This document shows, piece by piece, positions 55,106 through 64,000 of a DNA stretch of 64,000 bases (position 1 is the first letter of the stretch; each line of letters starts with the position of its first letter). Below the pieces are notes generated by a model. That model saw only the letters and a program-made list of their open reading frames with translations. It was not told the origin of the DNA and did no database searches. The DNA lies in the NCBI GenBank assembly GCA_963668695.2, contig CAXXLQ010000004.1, forward strand, positions 1,472,001-1,536,000, written 5' to 3'. The DNA is from Vicinamibacteria bacterium. GTDB taxonomy: Bacteria; Acidobacteriota; Vicinamibacteria; Marinacidobacterales; Marinacidobacteraceae. A program made the position numbers and the translations under genes.

Positions 55106-56623
55106 ATGCACACCGTTCTGGATCGATTGGGACTCGGGGAAGGCGCTCCCGGCGCCTGCACCGGCCCGGAGGGTTGGATCCTCACCGGGGAGGAGCCTCT
55201 CGTCTCGCTGAACCCTTCGACGGGCGAGCCCATCGCCGCCGTCGTCCCCGCCGATCGTCGCGCCGCCGAGCAGGTGGTTGCCGAAGCGACGGAGGCCTTC
55301 CGTTCGTTCCGCGAGCTTCCGGCGCCGAAGCGCGGCGACCTGGTGCGCGATCTGGGGAGCGCGCTCCGCGACGACAAGGAACCGTTGGGAGATCTGATCG
55401 CCCTCGAAGCCGGAAAGATCCGGGCCGAGGGACACGGCGAAGTCCAGGAGATGATCGACGTCTGCGACTTCGCGGTGGGTCTGTCGCGCCAGCTCTACGG
55501 GCTCACCATGGCATCGGAGCGGCCCGGCCACCGGATGTTCGAGCAGTGGCACCCGCTCGGACCGATCGGAGTGATCACCGCCTTCAACTTCCCGATGGCG
55601 GTCTGGTCGTGGAACGCGGCGATCGCCGCGGTGTGCGGCGACCCGGTGATCTGGAAGCCGTCGGAACACACTCCGCTCTGCGCGGTCGCGGTGCAGAACG
55701 TCGCGAACCGGGTGATGGATGACCACGGCGTCTCCGGGGTCTTCAACCTGCTCGTGGGAGGCGGTGACCTCGGCGCCGCCCTCGCGGCCGACCGGCGGCT
55801 CCCGCTGATCTCCTTCACCGGCTCCACCGGGGTGGGCCGGAAGGTCGCCACCGAGGTCGCGGGCCGGCTGGGCCGCTGCCTGCTGGAGCTCGGAGGCAAC
55901 AACGCGGTGGTCGTCAGCCGCAACGCCGATCTCGATCTGGCGGTGCGGGCCATCGTCTTCGGCTCGGTGGGCACCACCGGCCAGCGCTGCACCACCACCC
56001 GCCGGGTGATCGCCGATCGGGAGGTCGCCGGGCCGCTGGTGGAGCGGCTTGCCGACGCCTACCGGCAGGTCCCCATCGGAGACCCGCTCGATCCCGCCAC
56101 GCTCATGGGGCCGCTGATTTCGGCCGGCGCGGTCGAGGCGATGCAGGGGGCGCTGGAGCGGGTGGTTGCTGAGGGCGGAACCATCGTCTGCGGCGGTGCA
56201 CGCCGGCCCGACGTGGGCCCGAATCATGTGGAGCCGGCCATCGTCAGGATGTCCGCCCAGACCTCGCTGGTGGCCGAGGAAACCTTCGCTCCCATCCTCT
56301 ACATCCTGGAGACCGATTCGCTGGAGCAGGCGATCGTCCTCCACAACGACGTGCCGCAGGGCCTCTCCTCGGCGATCTTCACCGACAGCCTGCGGGAAGC
56401 CGAGACCTTTCTCTCGGCGCGGGGCTCCGACTGCGGCATCGCCAACGTGAACATCGGCACCTCCGGGGCGGAGATCGGGGGAGCCTTCGGTGGCGAGAAG
56501 GACACCGGCGGCGGCCGGGAATCCGGGTCCGACGCCTGGAAGGCTTATATGCGCCGCCAGACGAACACCATCAACTGGTCGAAGGATCTGCCGCTCGCCC
56601 AGGGAATCGAGTTTGGCGGGTAG
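55106..56623 (+). CDS. Aldehyde dehydrogenase, ALDH7 / piperideine-6-carboxylate dehydrogenase type
   Basis: GEVQEMID.CDFAVGLSRQL, TAFNFP, LELGGNN, GQRCT, EETFAP, GGGRESGSDAWKAYMRRQT. Confidence 0.95.
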   Translation: MHTVLDRLGLGEGAPGACTGPEGWILTGEEPLVSLNPSTGEPIAAVVPADRRAAEQVVAEATEAFRSFRELPAPKRGDLVRDLGSALRDDKEPLGDLIALEAGKIRAEGHGEVQEMIDVCDFAVGLSRQLYGLTMASERPGHRMFEQWHPLGPIGVITAFNFPMAVWSWNAAIAAVCGDPVIWKPSEHTPLCAVAVQNVANRVMDDHGVSGVFNLLVGGGDLGAALAADRRLPLISFTGSTGVGRKVATEVAGRLGRCLLELGGNNAVVVSRNADLDLAVRAIVFGSVGTTGQRCTTTRRVIADREVAGPLVERLADAYRQVPIGDPLDPATLMGPLISAGAVEAMQGALERVVAEGGTIVCGGARRPDVGPNHVEPAIVRMSAQTSLVAEETFAPILYILETDSLEQAIVLHNDVPQGLSSAIFTDSLREAETFLSARGSDCGIANVNIGTSGAEIGGAFGGEKDTGGGRESGSDAWKAYMRRQTNTINWSKDLPLAQGIEFGG

Positions 56624-56643
56624 CCCGCCAGCCAAGGAGGTAC

Positions 56644-57402
56644 GTGATGCCGAGAAACTGCCTGACCATTCTGTTGGTTGGAGTCCTCGGGGGCTGCGGT
56701 GGGGAACCAGCGGCCCCCGAGGCGCCGGTTCCCGAAGTTTCGGCTTCCGAGGCGCTCATTGCGAAGTCCATCGCCTACCACGATCCGGACGGGCGGTGGG
56801 ACACCGGCGAGATCGCGCTCCGGATCATGGAGTCCCGGCCGAACGGCGTTGCGCGAGCCGTCGAAGTAGGGATGGCGCCGGGAGCCGGCGCGATGGAGGT
56901 GAGCCGGGAGACCGACTCCGAGACGGTCACCTTCGCGGTGGTCGGAGAAGCGATTCTCATGCGGGCGGTAGACGCCGAGGAGAGCCTTGATGAGGAAGCG
57001 CTCGCCGAGCACGGACTCGATTCCGAACGCGTGATGTGGCTCCGGAACTACTACCTGTTCGTCTGGGGACTCCCGATGAAGCTGCGGGATCCGGGGACCA
57101 TCGTGGACCCCGAGCCGGTCGCCGATTCGTATAACGGCCAGGACGCCCTCAAGGTCCGGGTCACCTACGACCCCGAGGTCGGCGGCGACACCTGGTACTT
57201 CTATTTCCACCCGGACACCGCCCGACTGATCGGTTACCGCTTCTATCACGACGAATCGGCGAACGACGGCGAGTACATCCACCTCGACGGAGAAATCGAG
57301 AACGGCGGGCTGCGGCTCCCGGCGAAGCGGAGCTGGTTCTTCCACTCGAACGACGAGTTCCTGGGCGAGGACGAAGCCGTTTCGCTGACCGTGACGCCCT
57401 GA
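56644..57402 (+). CDS. DUF6503-like lipoprotein
   Basis: LGGC lipobox; SIAYHDP, YYLFVWGLPMKLRDPG, GGDTWYFYF; AAGGAGG RBS. Confidence 0.75.
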   Translation: MMPRNCLTILLVGVLGGCGGEPAAPEAPVPEVSASEALIAKSIAYHDPDGRWDTGEIALRIMESRPNGVARAVEVGMAPGAGAMEVSRETDSETVTFAVVGEAILMRAVDAEESLDEEALAEHGLDSERVMWLRNYYLFVWGLPMKLRDPGTIVDPEPVADSYNGQDALKVRVTYDPEVGGDTWYFYFHPDTARLIGYRFYHDESANDGEYIHLDGEIENGGLRLPAKRSWFFHSNDEFLGEDEAVSLTVTP

Positions 57403-57436
57403 TTCAGCAGTCGGTTAAGGTAGTGGATCGGCAACC

Positions 57437-59239
57437 ATGATGGCCCTTGCGCTCGCCGTCCTGTTCCTGGCGGTGTCCGGTACCGTCCAGCCGGATGCGC
57501 GGGTCTTGGCCCAGGCCCGCAGTCTCCTGGAACAACAGGAATTCGCCTCGGTGCTGGACGTGCTGGACGCGGCTGGCCCGAACGGAGCCCATCCGGACTT
57601 GCTTCGGCTCCGGGCCGAGGCGTACGTCGGACTGCTCGACTATCCGACAGCGGTCGCTGTGCTCGAGCGTGCCGGTCGTGAGCCAGAAAACCTGGCGCTT
57701 CGCATTCGGCTCCTCGCCATGTTGAGCCGCGACGACGAGGCGCGCGAGGTCCTGGCCGAACTGTTGGCCCTTGATCGGCGCCCTCCCGACCGGCCCCGAC
57801 TGGAACTGGCGGGGCAGCTCCGCAAGTCGGGTCTCGTCCCCGAGTCTCGCCGGGTGCTGGGTACTCCGACTGCTGCGGATTCGCCAGCCCTGACGCTCGA
57901 ACATGGGAGGCTCCGGCTCGCCGAAGACGACTACCCGGGCGCCCTGCCTCTCTTGGCGTCTGCTGCCTCTGTCGAAGAGCCACCGGTGGGAGCCGCGTAC
58001 GAGTTCGGCCGCTGCCTTGCACTCCTCGGACGGCGCGAGGAGGCCATTGCCTGGCTCCGGAGAGCCGTCTCCGAATCACGTGACGATTCCCTGGCCCGTT
58101 TCCGACTCGGCCAGTTGCTCGTCCAGGATCCCGATCCCACTCTGGTCGCCGAGGGCCGGCGGCTTCTCTCCGGTCACGAGGAGAGTCGGTTGCGGGCCCG
58201 TCGTCGGGACCTGCTGCTCACCAGGCTCAACGAGCATACGGTCATCAGCGGATCCCCGACGGACCGCGTCCCCGGGCTCGTGACCTCAAGTCGGGACGGC
58301 TGGGTAGAACTGGTGGGATTGCTGCTCGACAGGGGCGATGTCGTGGAGGCAATCCGCATCGTGCGGGCGGCTTCGGCTCGCTACCCGGGGGATCCGGCCT
58401 TCGACATCGGCAGGGCGCGGGCGCATCTGCAATCGGGCAAGCTCGCGGCCGCCGCCGAGGTCCTCGCGCCCCTGGTCCCGGCGCCCGGCGAGCCGCTCGA
58501 GGGCGCCTCGCTGAGCGCCGCTCGTTGGCTGGCCGACGTGAGGCTGCGGGGTGGCGATCCGGCCGCTGCGGCGGCGCTCTTCGACCGTGTTCTGGAGGCG
58601 GGCGGTGACGGGATCTCGCCCGGGATTCGCGCCGCCGCCGCCACCGCCTTCGCGATGAAGGGCGATCCGGCCCGGGCGTTAATGCTCTTTGGTCAAGTAC
58701 TCGACCGCACCGCGGGCCCCGCCCGCGCCGGACCGCTCGCCGACAGCGCGCTGGTATTGGAGATGCTCGCGCGTCCTGCCGAAGCCGAGACTCGCTACCG
58801 CGCGTCGCTGGCAGCCGACCCGGCCCACACCTCCGCCTCCCTGGGCCTTGCCGAGTTGCTGCTGCGCACCGGCCGGACCGATGAGGCGGTGGTGGTGATT
58901 CGTTCGGCCCTTGAACAGGCTCCTGACGACCCCGCCCTGCGAGATCTGCTCTCCCGGGCCACGCCCGGTGATGCTCAGGATTCTTCCGGGGGTTCTCGGG
59001 CAGCGGTCAACAGATCGGTGATCTCCTTCCAGGCTTCTCCCGAGAGCACGAGCGTCCTCTCGTCTCCGGCCCGGAGCGCCTGTACCTCGCCGGCTGCGGA
59101 GACTCTGAGATGGACGGTCTCCGGTTCGCTCGCTCCGGAGTCCCCGCTCGCTTCGGTAACGGCGAGCGTCCAGGCGGCGTCGTCGCCGGGGAGCTGCTCC
59201 GCACCCAGGTCGTCCGCCTCGGTGGAGTTCAGCTTGTAG
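57437..59239 (+). CDS. Secreted tetratricopeptide repeat protein (3' end overlaps the convergent gene)
   Basis: Signal peptide and degenerate TPR helices up to about 58950. Confidence 0.75.
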   Translation: MMALALAVLFLAVSGTVQPDARVLAQARSLLEQQEFASVLDVLDAAGPNGAHPDLLRLRAEAYVGLLDYPTAVAVLERAGREPENLALRIRLLAMLSRDDEAREVLAELLALDRRPPDRPRLELAGQLRKSGLVPESRRVLGTPTAADSPALTLEHGRLRLAEDDYPGALPLLASAASVEEPPVGAAYEFGRCLALLGRREEAIAWLRRAVSESRDDSLARFRLGQLLVQDPDPTLVAEGRRLLSGHEESRLRARRRDLLLTRLNEHTVISGSPTDRVPGLVTSSRDGWVELVGLLLDRGDVVEAIRIVRAASARYPGDPAFDIGRARAHLQSGKLAAAAEVLAPLVPAPGEPLEGASLSAARWLADVRLRGGDPAAAAALFDRVLEAGGDGISPGIRAAAATAFAMKGDPARALMLFGQVLDRTAGPARAGPLADSALVLEMLARPAEAETRYRASLAADPAHTSASLGLAELLLRTGRTDEAVVVIRSALEQAPDDPALRDLLSRATPGDAQDSSGGSRAAVNRSVISFQASPESTSVLSSPARSACTSPAAETLRWTVSGSLAPESPLASVTASVQAASSPGSCSAPRSSASVEFSL

Positions 59240-60372
59240 AGCAGATCCTCAACGGCCACCGTATCGACGACGCGCGGCAGTGAGCCGCCGGTTTCCATCG
59301 TCCATTCCCGGCCTTCCTCTCCCTCGCGGCGCTGGAAGACCGCGTCCCCGCCGGGGCCCCGGACCACCAACGTCACGGCCTGGAAGCCGGCGAACCGGAA
59401 GAGGGCCAGGGACCGCAGGCTTGCCAGTTCGGTCTCGGCGCCCTCCCGGAGCGCGTCGAAGAGCGGCTTGCCGACCACAAAGACCAAAGGGTCCGATTCC
59501 ACCCGGGCGAAGACTCCGGGCGGGGTGCGGCTCTCCCCTCCGAATTGAATGGTCCGGGAGATCTCCTCCTCCTGCGGCCCGACCGCCAGGCTCAGTTCGG
59601 CGCGCAAGCGGGGCGCGCCCAGTCCGAATGAGCCTTGAGGTTCCTCCGCGGCGCCGGGCGCCAGGCCCGCCATCTCGGCGTCCAGCAGCCGTGATGCGAA
59701 CTGCGACGCCTCGTAGGGGTCGGCGGCGAACTGGTAGGGGTGCACGATGCGCCATATGCCTTTGTCCCGCGCCAGCTCTGCTGCGGTCCCTTCGCCGGTC
59801 GTAAGCCGGAGGCGCCGCGCCGCCGGAGCTTCCAACTGGAACACCCGTTTGTCCCGGAGGTCCCAGGCGCTTTTGTCGAAGTTGTCCCGGACGAAGGCGG
59901 AAGTCACGAGGACCCGGTCGCCGAGACGGAGATAGCGGTTTCCGGATGCCGGAGTCTCATCGCCGAAACCGGCGGTGAGCGGTTGGGCGTCCGGCGCATC
60001 TCCTGCTGGGAACACCCGGATCGCGAGTCCGGGTGGAGCGAGGCCGAACTCGGGGAAGTCCTCTTCCCGGATCCCTTCGAGTTCCCGCTCGAAGCGCAGT
60101 GATCCGACGTTTTGCAGCAGGAGGTCAACCTCGCCCGAGTCCGCGGACGATTCGGGGCCTTCGCCCTCGGCGACGACGAATCCGCCGTCATCCCGGGTCA
60201 CGCGGACGGTGGGTTCGCCCGGACGTTCTATCTCGACGGCGAGGATTTCAGCCTCGTCCAGACCAAATACCGGCTGGCCATCGTCGGAGGCGTTCTCGTC
60301 CCGCTCGAAGAGCGTGATCCAGCCGGCGACCGCCACGGCCGCCAGCAACGCGACGAGGGTCGTCCGGCGCAT
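58975..60372 (-). CDS. DUF4340 domain protein
   Basis: N-terminal TM, repeated FGL..P modules, DLRDKRV; last gene of a gldAFG-like operon. Confidence 0.8.
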   Translation of the reverse strand: MRRTTLVALLAAVAVAGWITLFERDENASDDGQPVFGLDEAEILAVEIERPGEPTVRVTRDDGGFVVAEGEGPESSADSGEVDLLLQNVGSLRFERELEGIREEDFPEFGLAPPGLAIRVFPAGDAPDAQPLTAGFGDETPASGNRYLRLGDRVLVTSAFVRDNFDKSAWDLRDKRVFQLEAPAARRLRLTTGEGTAAELARDKGIWRIVHPYQFAADPYEASQFASRLLDAEMAGLAPGAAEEPQGSFGLGAPRLRAELSLAVGPQEEEISRTIQFGGESRTPPGVFARVESDPLVFVVGKPLFDALREGAETELASLRSLALFRFAGFQAVTLVVRGPGGDAVFQRREGEEGREWTMETGGSLPRVVDTVAVEDLLYKLNSTEADDLGAEQLPGDDAAWTLAVTEASGDSGASEPETVHLRVSAAGEVQALRAGDERTLVLSGEAWKEITDLLTAAREPPEES

Positions 60373-60428
60373 CCCGCCCGCGCTATCGCCGCGAAGTGCG
60401 GCAGGGAGTCTCCCCCGCCTGCGGCGGC

Positions 60429-60454
60429 GATGCCGGCCTGAAGGCCGGCGCTCC
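60429..60454. repeat. REP-like palindrome
   Basis: GATGCCGGCCTGAAGGCCGGCGCTCC. Confidence 0.7.
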
Positions 60455-60459
60455 TGGTG

Positions 60460-62019
60460 TCACCGGCGCGACCACCAGACCGTGACGCCCCAGATGAGGA
60501 AGAACCCGGGCAGGAACACCAGGCTCAGGAGGACGACGTTCCGCACCTGGGCGGAGGTCATGGTGATCCGTCGATCCTCGGCGGAGCGGGGGCGGATCGC
60601 GATCAGATCCTCGTCTTCGGTGAGCCAGTTCACCATGTTGAGGAAGAGATCGGCGTTACCGAGCGGGGCGAGGGCGAGGTTGTTCCCGATGAAGTCGGAA
60701 TCCCCGACGATCACCAGGCGGCCCTCCGGGGATTCAGGAGACTCCCCTTCCGATTCCGCTGCTTCCGCGGGACCGGATTGCCCGGGACCGGATTGCCCGA
60801 CCACCGGAGAATCCGTGGCCGCCAACTCCCCAATTCCATCCTCTGCTTCTTCGTCATTGCCGGTTTCCACGTGGACCGCGTAGGCGAGCCTCAGGGGTCC
60901 GGTCCGGTCGTCTTCTCCGGCGTTCACCTCGCCGGTCTCCAGTTCGTCCGCGTCCCGCTCGCCCCAACTGGCGTCGGAACTCAGGACGAGTTCCGAAAGA
61001 CGCATCCCGGCGGGAAGTTCCGCGGGCGGTGTCGCGATCAGGCTCTGCGCGAGGGGGAAGACGGTGGCCGCGTTCACGAAACCGCGGGTGATCGGATGGA
61101 ACCCGTAGGACGCGGCGAGGGGAACCTCCACCCCGAAGCCGAAGAGTTGACCCACTCCGCTCGCGTCGATCACCACGTCCCCCGCGGGCGCCGCCCCGAA
61201 TTCCTGGGCCAGTCCGGTGAGCTCAAGCCGCTCATCCGGGGTTCCCGGTGGATCCGGAGGGTCGAGCAGCAGCATGGCCTTCCCGCCTGCGCGGATATGG
61301 GCGGCGAGAGCGGCGGACTCGGCTTCCAGCAGATCGAGCCGGGGTCCGGCGACGATCACGACGGCGGCATCCTCAGGGATTCGGACTTCCCCCTCCTCGA
61401 CCCTCTCGAGCAGCGCCAACTCGGCAACTTCGTAGTTCGACTCTTCGAGTCGCGACCCGATTGCGGAGAGGCCGCCCGCGCCCGTCTCGGCGAGCGAGCG
61501 CTCCTGGTGCCCGGTCGTGAAATAGACCTTCTTGGTCTCACCCTTGAGGAGCTTCACGATGGCGTTCGTGATGTCCTGCTCCTGGGGCGCCGCGACCCGT
61601 TCCTGCCGCTGTCCGGCTTCCACCACTACCGCGCCGAAGGGAATCCCGGCTTCGGCGGTGGCCTGGTAGGCGCGAGCCCGCGCGGGCTGCGCCTCCTGAT
61701 CGATGACTTCCCATTCGATCCGGTCGCTGCGGTCGGCGTAGCGTTCGAAGAGCTCGATGGTGCGTCCGGCGGCGCGGGGCTGATCCAGCACGACGAGACG
61801 TACGTCGCGGTCGAGCTCTGCGAGAATGCGGATCGTCTGTGGGGAAAGGCTGAACTGGCCGCCGGTGGTGGTGTCCCAAGTCGCGTTACGGCGGTTCGCC
61901 ACGTAGTTGACGCCGACCAGGGCGGCGAGGAGGAGCAGGGCCGTCACGCCGAGGTTGACCCCCTCCCGGGCGCTCCGGCGGCCAAGCGCCGCGCGGAGAC
62001 GCGCGAACCCGGCGCTCAT
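60460..62019 (-). CDS. GldG-family ABC transporter auxiliary component
   Basis: WDTT...FSLSPQT, EQDITNAI, YFTTGHQE, GDSDF, NADLFLNMVNWL, C-terminal TM. Confidence 0.88.
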   Translation of the reverse strand: MSAGFARLRAALGRRSAREGVNLGVTALLLLAALVGVNYVANRRNATWDTTTGGQFSLSPQTIRILAELDRDVRLVVLDQPRAAGRTIELFERYADRSDRIEWEVIDQEAQPARARAYQATAEAGIPFGAVVVEAGQRQERVAAPQEQDITNAIVKLLKGETKKVYFTTGHQERSLAETGAGGLSAIGSRLEESNYEVAELALLERVEEGEVRIPEDAAVVIVAGPRLDLLEAESAALAAHIRAGGKAMLLLDPPDPPGTPDERLELTGLAQEFGAAPAGDVVIDASGVGQLFGFGVEVPLAASYGFHPITRGFVNAATVFPLAQSLIATPPAELPAGMRLSELVLSSDASWGERDADELETGEVNAGEDDRTGPLRLAYAVHVETGNDEEAEDGIGELAATDSPVVGQSGPGQSGPAEAAESEGESPESPEGRLVIVGDSDFIGNNLALAPLGNADLFLNMVNWLTEDEDLIAIRPRSAEDRRITMTSAQVRNVVLLSLVFLPGFFLIWGVTVWWSRR

Positions 62020-62786
62020 CCGCGCCACCTGCGGGAGCGCACCGACTCCCGGGCGAGGTACAGCCAGAACCCGGCAAAGGACAGGTAGAACACGAGATCG
62101 CGGGTCGTGATCACCCCGCGCGCGAATCCCTCCAGGTGGCCGGTCACCGAGAGGTAGGCAAGGACGCGTCCCAGGTCTCCCCCGCGCGCTCCCGCGAACT
62201 CCAGCAGCCAGAGGACGAGCAGCGCTCCGAAGGTCAGGAGTCCCGCCACGATCTGGTTCCCGGTCAGACTCGAGAAGAAGAGGCCCAACGCGAGGAGTCC
62301 GGCTCCCAGCAACGCCAGGCCGAGGTAGGCGGCGAGGACCGGCGGAACCTCCGGCTGGGAAAACCAGAACAGGACGCCCAGGTGGAGCCCGGTCAGCGCC
62401 AGCATCCCGCCGTAGAGGGTGAATGCGGCGAGGAACTTGCCGAGAACGATCTCCCCATCGGTGATCGGCGCCGTCAGCAGCAGTTCCATGGTCCCCGACC
62501 GGATCTCCTCGGAAACCGTGCGCATCGAGAGCAGGGGCATCAGGAACAGCGCCAGGATGGCGGTGCTCGCCATGAGCCAGCGGATCAGGTCGGTGTTCAC
62601 GTTCAAAGTGCCGCCGCTGAAGCCGCCCATCTGGCTCATCCGCATGCCGGCCTCCACGAAGCTTTGGAGGTAGTCGGCGAAGAAGTACCCGTAGAGGAAT
62701 GCGAACGCTCCGAAGAGGACGTAGGCCACCGGCGACGCGAGGGCGGCGCCTATCTCGCGCCGGGCGATGGTCAGCGCGTTCCTCAT
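62016..62786 (-). CDS. GldF-like ABC-2 permease
   Basis: IARREI...SPVAY, PLLSMRTVSEE..SGTMELLLT.P, LGKF, NQIVA. Confidence 0.92.
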   Translation of the reverse strand: MRNALTIARREIGAALASPVAYVLFGAFAFLYGYFFADYLQSFVEAGMRMSQMGGFSGGTLNVNTDLIRWLMASTAILALFLMPLLSMRTVSEEIRSGTMELLLTAPITDGEIVLGKFLAAFTLYGGMLALTGLHLGVLFWFSQPEVPPVLAAYLGLALLGAGLLALGLFFSSLTGNQIVAGLLTFGALLVLWLLEFAGARGGDLGRVLAYLSVTGHLEGFARGVITTRDLVFYLSFAGFWLYLARESVRSRRWRG

Positions 62787-63826
62787 GAGTCCTTTCCCGG
62801 CGCTTCCGGGCCGCCCGTCCTGTCCGGGGCATCTGCGCCCGGTTCGTCCGCGCCGGCGCCGTCCGCTTCCATCTCCTCGGTGGTGAGCGCCAGGAAGACG
62901 TCCTCGAGGCTCGCGCCGCCCCGGCGAAGGCCGTAGAGCGGGGCGCCGGCGTCGAGAAGTACCCGCGCCAGTTCGGTCGAAACGCCGCGGTCGCCGGCCG
63001 CTTCCACCTGCAGGATCGAGGTCCGTTCCGCGGTCTCGGGACCGGCCTCCACCCGGGCTACGCCGGGAACCGAGCGGAGAGCGGCAACCGCCGTTTCCGC
63101 CGGGGCTGACGTCTCGATTTCCCAGCTTCCGCGGCCGCGCTGCGCGGCGCCCAACCGCGCCACCAGTCCGTCGGGAGTGTCTTCGGCGCGCAGCCGTCCA
63201 CCGGCGATGATGACCACCCGGTCGCAGGTGACCGCCACTTCCGGGAGGATGTGCGTCGAGAGCACGACGGTGCGGTCACCCGCCAGGGCGCGGATGAGTT
63301 CGCGCGTCTCGTGGATCTGCTTCGGATCGAGGCCGGCGGTCGGCTCGTCAAGGACCAGCAGATCGGGTTCGTGGACGAGCGCCTGCGCGAGCCCCACCCG
63401 TTGGCGGTATCCGCGGCTCAGCTTCCCGATGATGCTTTCCCGGGCCTCTCCGAGGGCGCAGCGCTCGATCGCGCGAGCTACCGCTTGCTGAATCCGGCTT
63501 CTTGGGACTCCCCGGAGCCGCGCCGCGAATTCCAGGAAGGCGGCGACCTCCATCTCGGGGTACAGCGGTGGATTCTCGGGCAGATACCCGATACGCCGCT
63601 TGACGTCGAGTGGCGCCTCCGAGATGTCCAGACCGGCGACCAGCACCCGTCCTTCGGTGGGCGGCATGAAGCCGGTGATGACCCGCATGGTGGTCGTCTT
63701 CCCGGCGCCGTTCGGCCCCAGGAACCCGAGGACCTCTCCCTTCGCGACGCCGAAGCTGAGATCCGCTACCGCCAGTGTCCTCCCGTAACGCTTGGAGACG
63801 CGGTCCACCAGGACGAGGGGTTCCAC
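62783..63826 (-). CDS. GldA-like ABC transporter ATP-binding protein
   Basis: GPNGAGKTT, IGYLPE, LSRGYRQRVGLAQA, DEPTAGLDP, STHIL. Confidence 0.95.
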   Translation of the reverse strand: MEPLVLVDRVSKRYGRTLAVADLSFGVAKGEVLGFLGPNGAGKTTTMRVITGFMPPTEGRVLVAGLDISEAPLDVKRRIGYLPENPPLYPEMEVAAFLEFAARLRGVPRSRIQQAVARAIERCALGEARESIIGKLSRGYRQRVGLAQALVHEPDLLVLDEPTAGLDPKQIHETRELIRALAGDRTVVLSTHILPEVAVTCDRVVIIAGGRLRAEDTPDGLVARLGAAQRGRGSWEIETSAPAETAVAALRSVPGVARVEAGPETAERTSILQVEAAGDRGVSTELARVLLDAGAPLYGLRRGGASLEDVFLALTTEEMEADGAGADEPGADAPDRTGGPEAPGKDS

Positions 63827-63949
63827 GGCTGTTCCGAGGGGAGGTGTCTCGATGGCGTTCAGTCCTGGCGGTCTCCCGCTCCCGAGTCAGCGGTTGCGGC
63901 CGGCCCGGCAGTCTATACTGGCTTCCGGCGCTTCCGGTTCCACGTTTCC

Positions 63950-64000
63950 ATGAGTCTTCGCCGCTTGTTTCTCTCGTCCGGTGTTGGCCTTGCGGCCGGA
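63950..64000 (+). CDS. Probable start of an exported protein (partial)
   Basis: MSLRRLFLSSGVGLAAG resembles a signal peptide; TATACT -10-like box at 63914. Confidence 0.35.
   Translation, partial: MSLRRLFLSSGVGLAAG

Noticed and set aside
57405-57425. Possible seventh MITE end (CAGCAGTCGGTTAAGG)
   Set aside because: Only weak resemblance to the TIR, with no backbone or partner end nearby.
1-64000. tRNA, rRNA, integron attC sites, prophage or transposase genes
   Set aside because: None recognised by eye; covariance-model and HMM scans would be needed to exclude them formally.

Overview
GC-rich bacterial chromosomal window. The gene set (Oar-like TonB-dependent receptor, TPR+ASPIC/UnbV protein, TPR-sulfatase, VPS10/BNR glycosyl hydrolase, remnant of an ADOP-type permease) suggests Acidobacteria; this is inference. 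Backbone genes: yebC-ruvC-ruvA-[membrane MutS-like ATPase]-ruvB-queA, an atu/liu-type acyl-CoA carboxylase cluster, several transporters, dcp, an ALDH7-type dehydrogenase and a GldAFG-like/DUF4340 ABC operon. Six toxin-antitoxin loci are scattered through it, two of them inactivated. The most striking content is non-coding: a nested set of tiny mobile-looking elements with no transposase in the window. (i) A ~180-bp terminal-inverted-repeat MITE occurs at six loci and is inserted into itself at some of them. (ii) An 18-nt unit (CCAGTTCTCCCGGTGGGG) is inserted about 24 times at six different sites of that MITE, in both orientations. (iii) A 90-bp double-hairpin unit occurs as tandem arrays after ATT; its two variants differ mainly by compensatory base-pair changes. 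(iv) A 32-bp tandem array appears to have grown out of a CTAG-bounded mini element. Many 12-15-bp tandem micro-duplications also occur, one of which frameshifts the AbiEii toxin. All calls were made by eye and from recalled family motifs; no searches were run.
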